Shown in pieces: positions 60,656 through 64,000 of a DNA stretch of 64,000 nucleotides. The stretch is from assembly GCA_051294905.1 (NCBI GenBank), contig CM119384.1:1240001-1304000 (forward strand), written 5' to 3'. Position 1 is the stretch's first letter, and the number at the start of each line of letters is the position of its first letter. A program made the translations under genes and the position numbers. A model generated the notes under the pieces. It ran no database searches. It saw only the letters and a list, made by a program, of their open reading frames with translations, and was not told the DNA's origin. The DNA comes from Botryllus schlosseri (taxonomy: Eukaryota).

Positions 60656-63183
60656 CTTGAATCGATCATTCACGTTCCTGTGATTGTGTGCCGTGACGAA
60701 AAATCGGGACTTTCCTTTCGCGGTATCTTCATTCTCATTTAGGACACCAGTGTCACAAACGTGTTTGGAAGTGACAAGTTTTTTGTTGAGAAATGAAACG
60801 ATATACTGATCATCCACCAATGCTGAGAGAACCTTAATTCAAATGAGAAACTAAACTGAAATATTCTGTAAAGGAACAAACTTCCTAACAGCTATAACCA
60901 GCTGTAACTAACTCAATACACAATGGGTATATCAAATCGATGACTTGAATCCGATTTGATTACTAGTTGACTGGTACAAGTTGAGTACTGCTAGCAGATT
61001 CCATCATCTTCAACGAGTGCCGATATCTCGCCCATGGCATCAAAATTTCATTCTCAAACAAGGGGATTATTGTGCTTTGAGCTATCACATGATTGTCGGT
61101 GTCAAGACACGACAGCGGGAACGAATGTTAAAGATATTCAATGTTCATAGCAGCACAAAATGGCTTTCATCATATATAGCTCGGTATGTTGGCATCAATT
61201 TCTAGTTGTCCAGTAAATGGATAATAAATGCATATTGACAAGAGTCATTGGTGTATGCATATATTTTGTCACATAAAATTCTTCAAAGAAGAATACCTAA
61301 TTCTGGCAACAGTCTATTCTATAGACATTGTGTCATCATATCTTTGATTAGTCGTATAAAAGAACCACAATATCGAGAAGAAACAATAACAATGACGACA
61401 TAAGCACCTAGGATATTTAGATTATGATTCATATAAACATAAGCCCTACAAAAGTATTGCATTACAAAGCATCAAAGTGTAGGCCTACCTATCTCTTGAC
61501 CTAATTGGTATAAGTATTAGTGCACAATAGGGCTGTTCAAAGTTTTTTTTTTCAATTTTACTGGCTATTATATAAATTAGTTACCTAAAAGAAACGGTGC
61601 ACACCAACTTTGGTGCAATCCCAACAAGTGGACGCGAATATATTGATGTTCAAAATTTAAGATTTCAAATCATACTACCGATATTTACGGTGGATAGATC
61701 TAGAATAAATAATGAAAAAATTTGCCATCGTAAATACTATTTTTTCCAAATCCGAAATTTTGCACTCTAATAACTTTGCTGCTTGAGTCAAATTTGTTGT
61801 GCATCGTTCTTTTTCAGACGACCTAACAATTTCATGGGGTAGCCAGTAAAATTCGAAAAAGATCCACATTTATTTTCATCAAATAAATCCAAAATTTTCT
61901 ACTACAAAAAAATTCGCTGCCACGTGCTCAAAGATTGAGTTCCTCCTCATAGACTAGTAGTTAAGGTCATACCAAACGAGATATACACCCTACCTGACCC
62001 TTGCTGTTAACACTGATGATACCATCCACGGCCGCGCATGGGGCTGTGGCAAATATTATGTCTGTACTCATTCTGTTTTTGAACATGCAGTCCAGTGTCT
62101 CCAGATGGTAGAGATGAAAAAATCCGTGTTTGCTTAAGACAAGCAAAACTTTGTGAACTTTTGACTCCTGAAAATTCAACAATCATTCAATAGAAGTTTT
62201 AAATAGCAACATGAAAACTCCCCGAATTCAAGTAATTCTATTTGTTCTATTAGGCGCGAAGATGTGGAGAAGTTCATTCTATAAATAAATTACCCATTTG
62301 TGACGAGGAATTTGCACGCCATATGGCCATTGGGTCATTGAAATTGGTGATTTCAAAACGTCAAAATTTATATACCAGTAATTGAGACCTGGACATCGGG
62401 GACAAAAAATATAAATCCCAATTACTATTCCTAAATTAAAATTAAATTGGCCTCTTTTGCGAAAAAATAAAGGTGTGTGTACCAGTCATAAAACTATTTT
62501 ACTATCACGGTAGCAGATTGAATAGAAAATACACAAGATATGCTTACATAGTGATAAAAATAGTGAAAATATCAAGACATATTGCCATATATATTCTACT
62601 CAAAGCTTTTCAAATGACTCTAATCCAGAACGAATGTCACTAAATGCGGTGAATCCACACGGTAAGAACTTAACATACTGGAAAACATATAACAACACAC
62701 AATCAGTACATGTAACAGAGACAAATTTGGCTATAAAAATAACCGAATAGCATCACAACACTGATGAAAAACATTCCAAAAAACAGCAAATTTAAAATGC
62801 CAACCTGCATATCAATAGGAGTGTCGTTTGGTATTGAAAAAGTCACTACGACAGACCTTTTCCGGAAAGGTTGATCCATAGACACTGCGTGGCTGACTTG
62901 TGCCACACTGAGTACGTTGCCCTTTTGTGTGCTCGAAGCAGAGCATAGCAAAATGGAAGAATCCTACACATAACTAAATGTCAGATAACATATTCTTATT
63001 AACTAAGTTCATTTATTTACCTTATTTCCATCGAGCACTATCTCAGCAAATGTGGCAACATGCCCTTCCAGTATCTTGGTAGTGCCGGACTGGACAGAAT
63101 ACCTTTGTATGGTTCCACTGGTCGCTCGTTCACCCTTCGTCAATGTTCCAATGATGAGAGAGTGTTTCTGCTGTGAATCGGTC
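60656..63183 (-). CDS. Divergent clathrin heavy chain terminal-domain/linker paralogue (partial; 5-prime exons probably outside the window)
   Basis: Exons 63183-63021, 62963-62805, 62167-61994 and 60832-60656, all GT-AG and in phase: TDSQQKHSLIIG...IQRYSV...LEGHVATFAE / QPFRKRSVVV...NDTPIDMQ / SKHGFFHLYHLETLDCMFKNRMSTDIIFATAP...GIISVNSKGQ / VLSALVDDQYIVSFL. Colinear with clathrin heavy chain propeller and linker as I recall that sequence. Confidence 0.8.
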
Positions 63184-63379
63184 CTTGGGAGAAATAAAAC
63201 GATTGCATTTCAAGATATTTCTCAACTCGAAAAATTCAATGGCAGAAATAGGAATTCAGCAAATTTTACATGGGATTAGATGTGATGGAGTTATGATGAA
63301 GAGGTTGCTCTACGTTAGAGCAAATGAGACTATCAAAAATACACTTTAGCATGCATTACTTGAGTATGTGACCTTCTAA

Positions 63380-63860
63380 CACCAAAACTAACTCTAACCC
63401 CGACCCGAATCTTGAAACGAACCCGCATAGATATCCTAACCCTAATCTAACCCAAATCAAAACCAAACCTAGCTCAACCCTAACCCCTGAAATTAAACCT
63501 ATATATCCTAACCTATCCTATCCTGATGGTTACCATATGTCCTCCTTTATGAGGATTTGTCCTCCTTTGGAGAATTTGCCCTCCTTTTTAGCATAAAAGA
63601 CCCAAAACGACAACGAATAACGCGAAATGTGGGCCGAATTGCGTAGAGACGGGTATTTCGGGACTTTTTGATTCAGTCAACCCAATAAAATTAGCCGTAC
63701 AAATTTAAAAATCAGCCGTTTTCTCGTCCGCTATAGTAACTTTTGCAGCCTGGCAAAAGTGTTCTTTCCGAATCTCAAAATATGGTAACTGTACCTAATC
63801 TCAAGGCTAACCCCGAACTAACCCAAATCGCAACCTATCCCTTACCCAACCCTAACCCAA
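63380..63860. repeat. Degenerate (ctaacc)-rich repeats flanking a decayed MITE
   Basis: cctaaccctaa-like units at 63380-63515 and 63790-63860. Confidence 0.6.
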
Positions 63861-64000
63861 AATTTTACCCACATGCCCAATTTGTCGCACGCTCAATTGC
63901 TCATATATCCACGGACCGATGTAACTATAGTAAATCAAGTATCCCCTTAAAACATCTAATTTGGCTGAGAATCTTGAATCTCGATATTTTGTAGAAGACA

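Noticed and set aside
63380-63860. Telomere or chromosome end
   Set aside because: Repeats are degenerate, short and internal to a gene region.

Overview
AT-rich eukaryotic genomic DNA from an invertebrate animal (tunicate-like; the taxon is inference only), with spliceosomal genes, dense transposons and one assembly gap (N, 40448-40586). (1) 1-21 kb is almost all mobile DNA: a Gypsy gag-protease remnant, a near-intact RTE-clade LINE nested in a hAT MITE, many hAT MITEs with 8-bp TSDs, a long-TIR element and a P-element-like transposase relic. (2) 21659-45044 (+) is a 21-exon, ~1073-aa hephaestin-like membrane multicopper ferroxidase that I reconstructed exon by exon. (3) 47358-55145 (-) is an uninterrupted 7.8-kb PARP4 (vault PARP) ORF with an expanded repeat region carrying ribosomal P-stalk-like motifs. 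(4) Upstream on the same strand are small exons for a PH domain (55978-58969) and for a divergent clathrin heavy-chain terminal-domain/linker paralogue (60656-63183). The last PH exon is phase-compatible with an acceptor at the start of the PARP4 ORF, so a PH-PARP4 (possibly clathrin-TD-PH-PARP4) chimeric gene is the main candidate novelty. All protein identifications come from motif recognition by eye; no database search was run.
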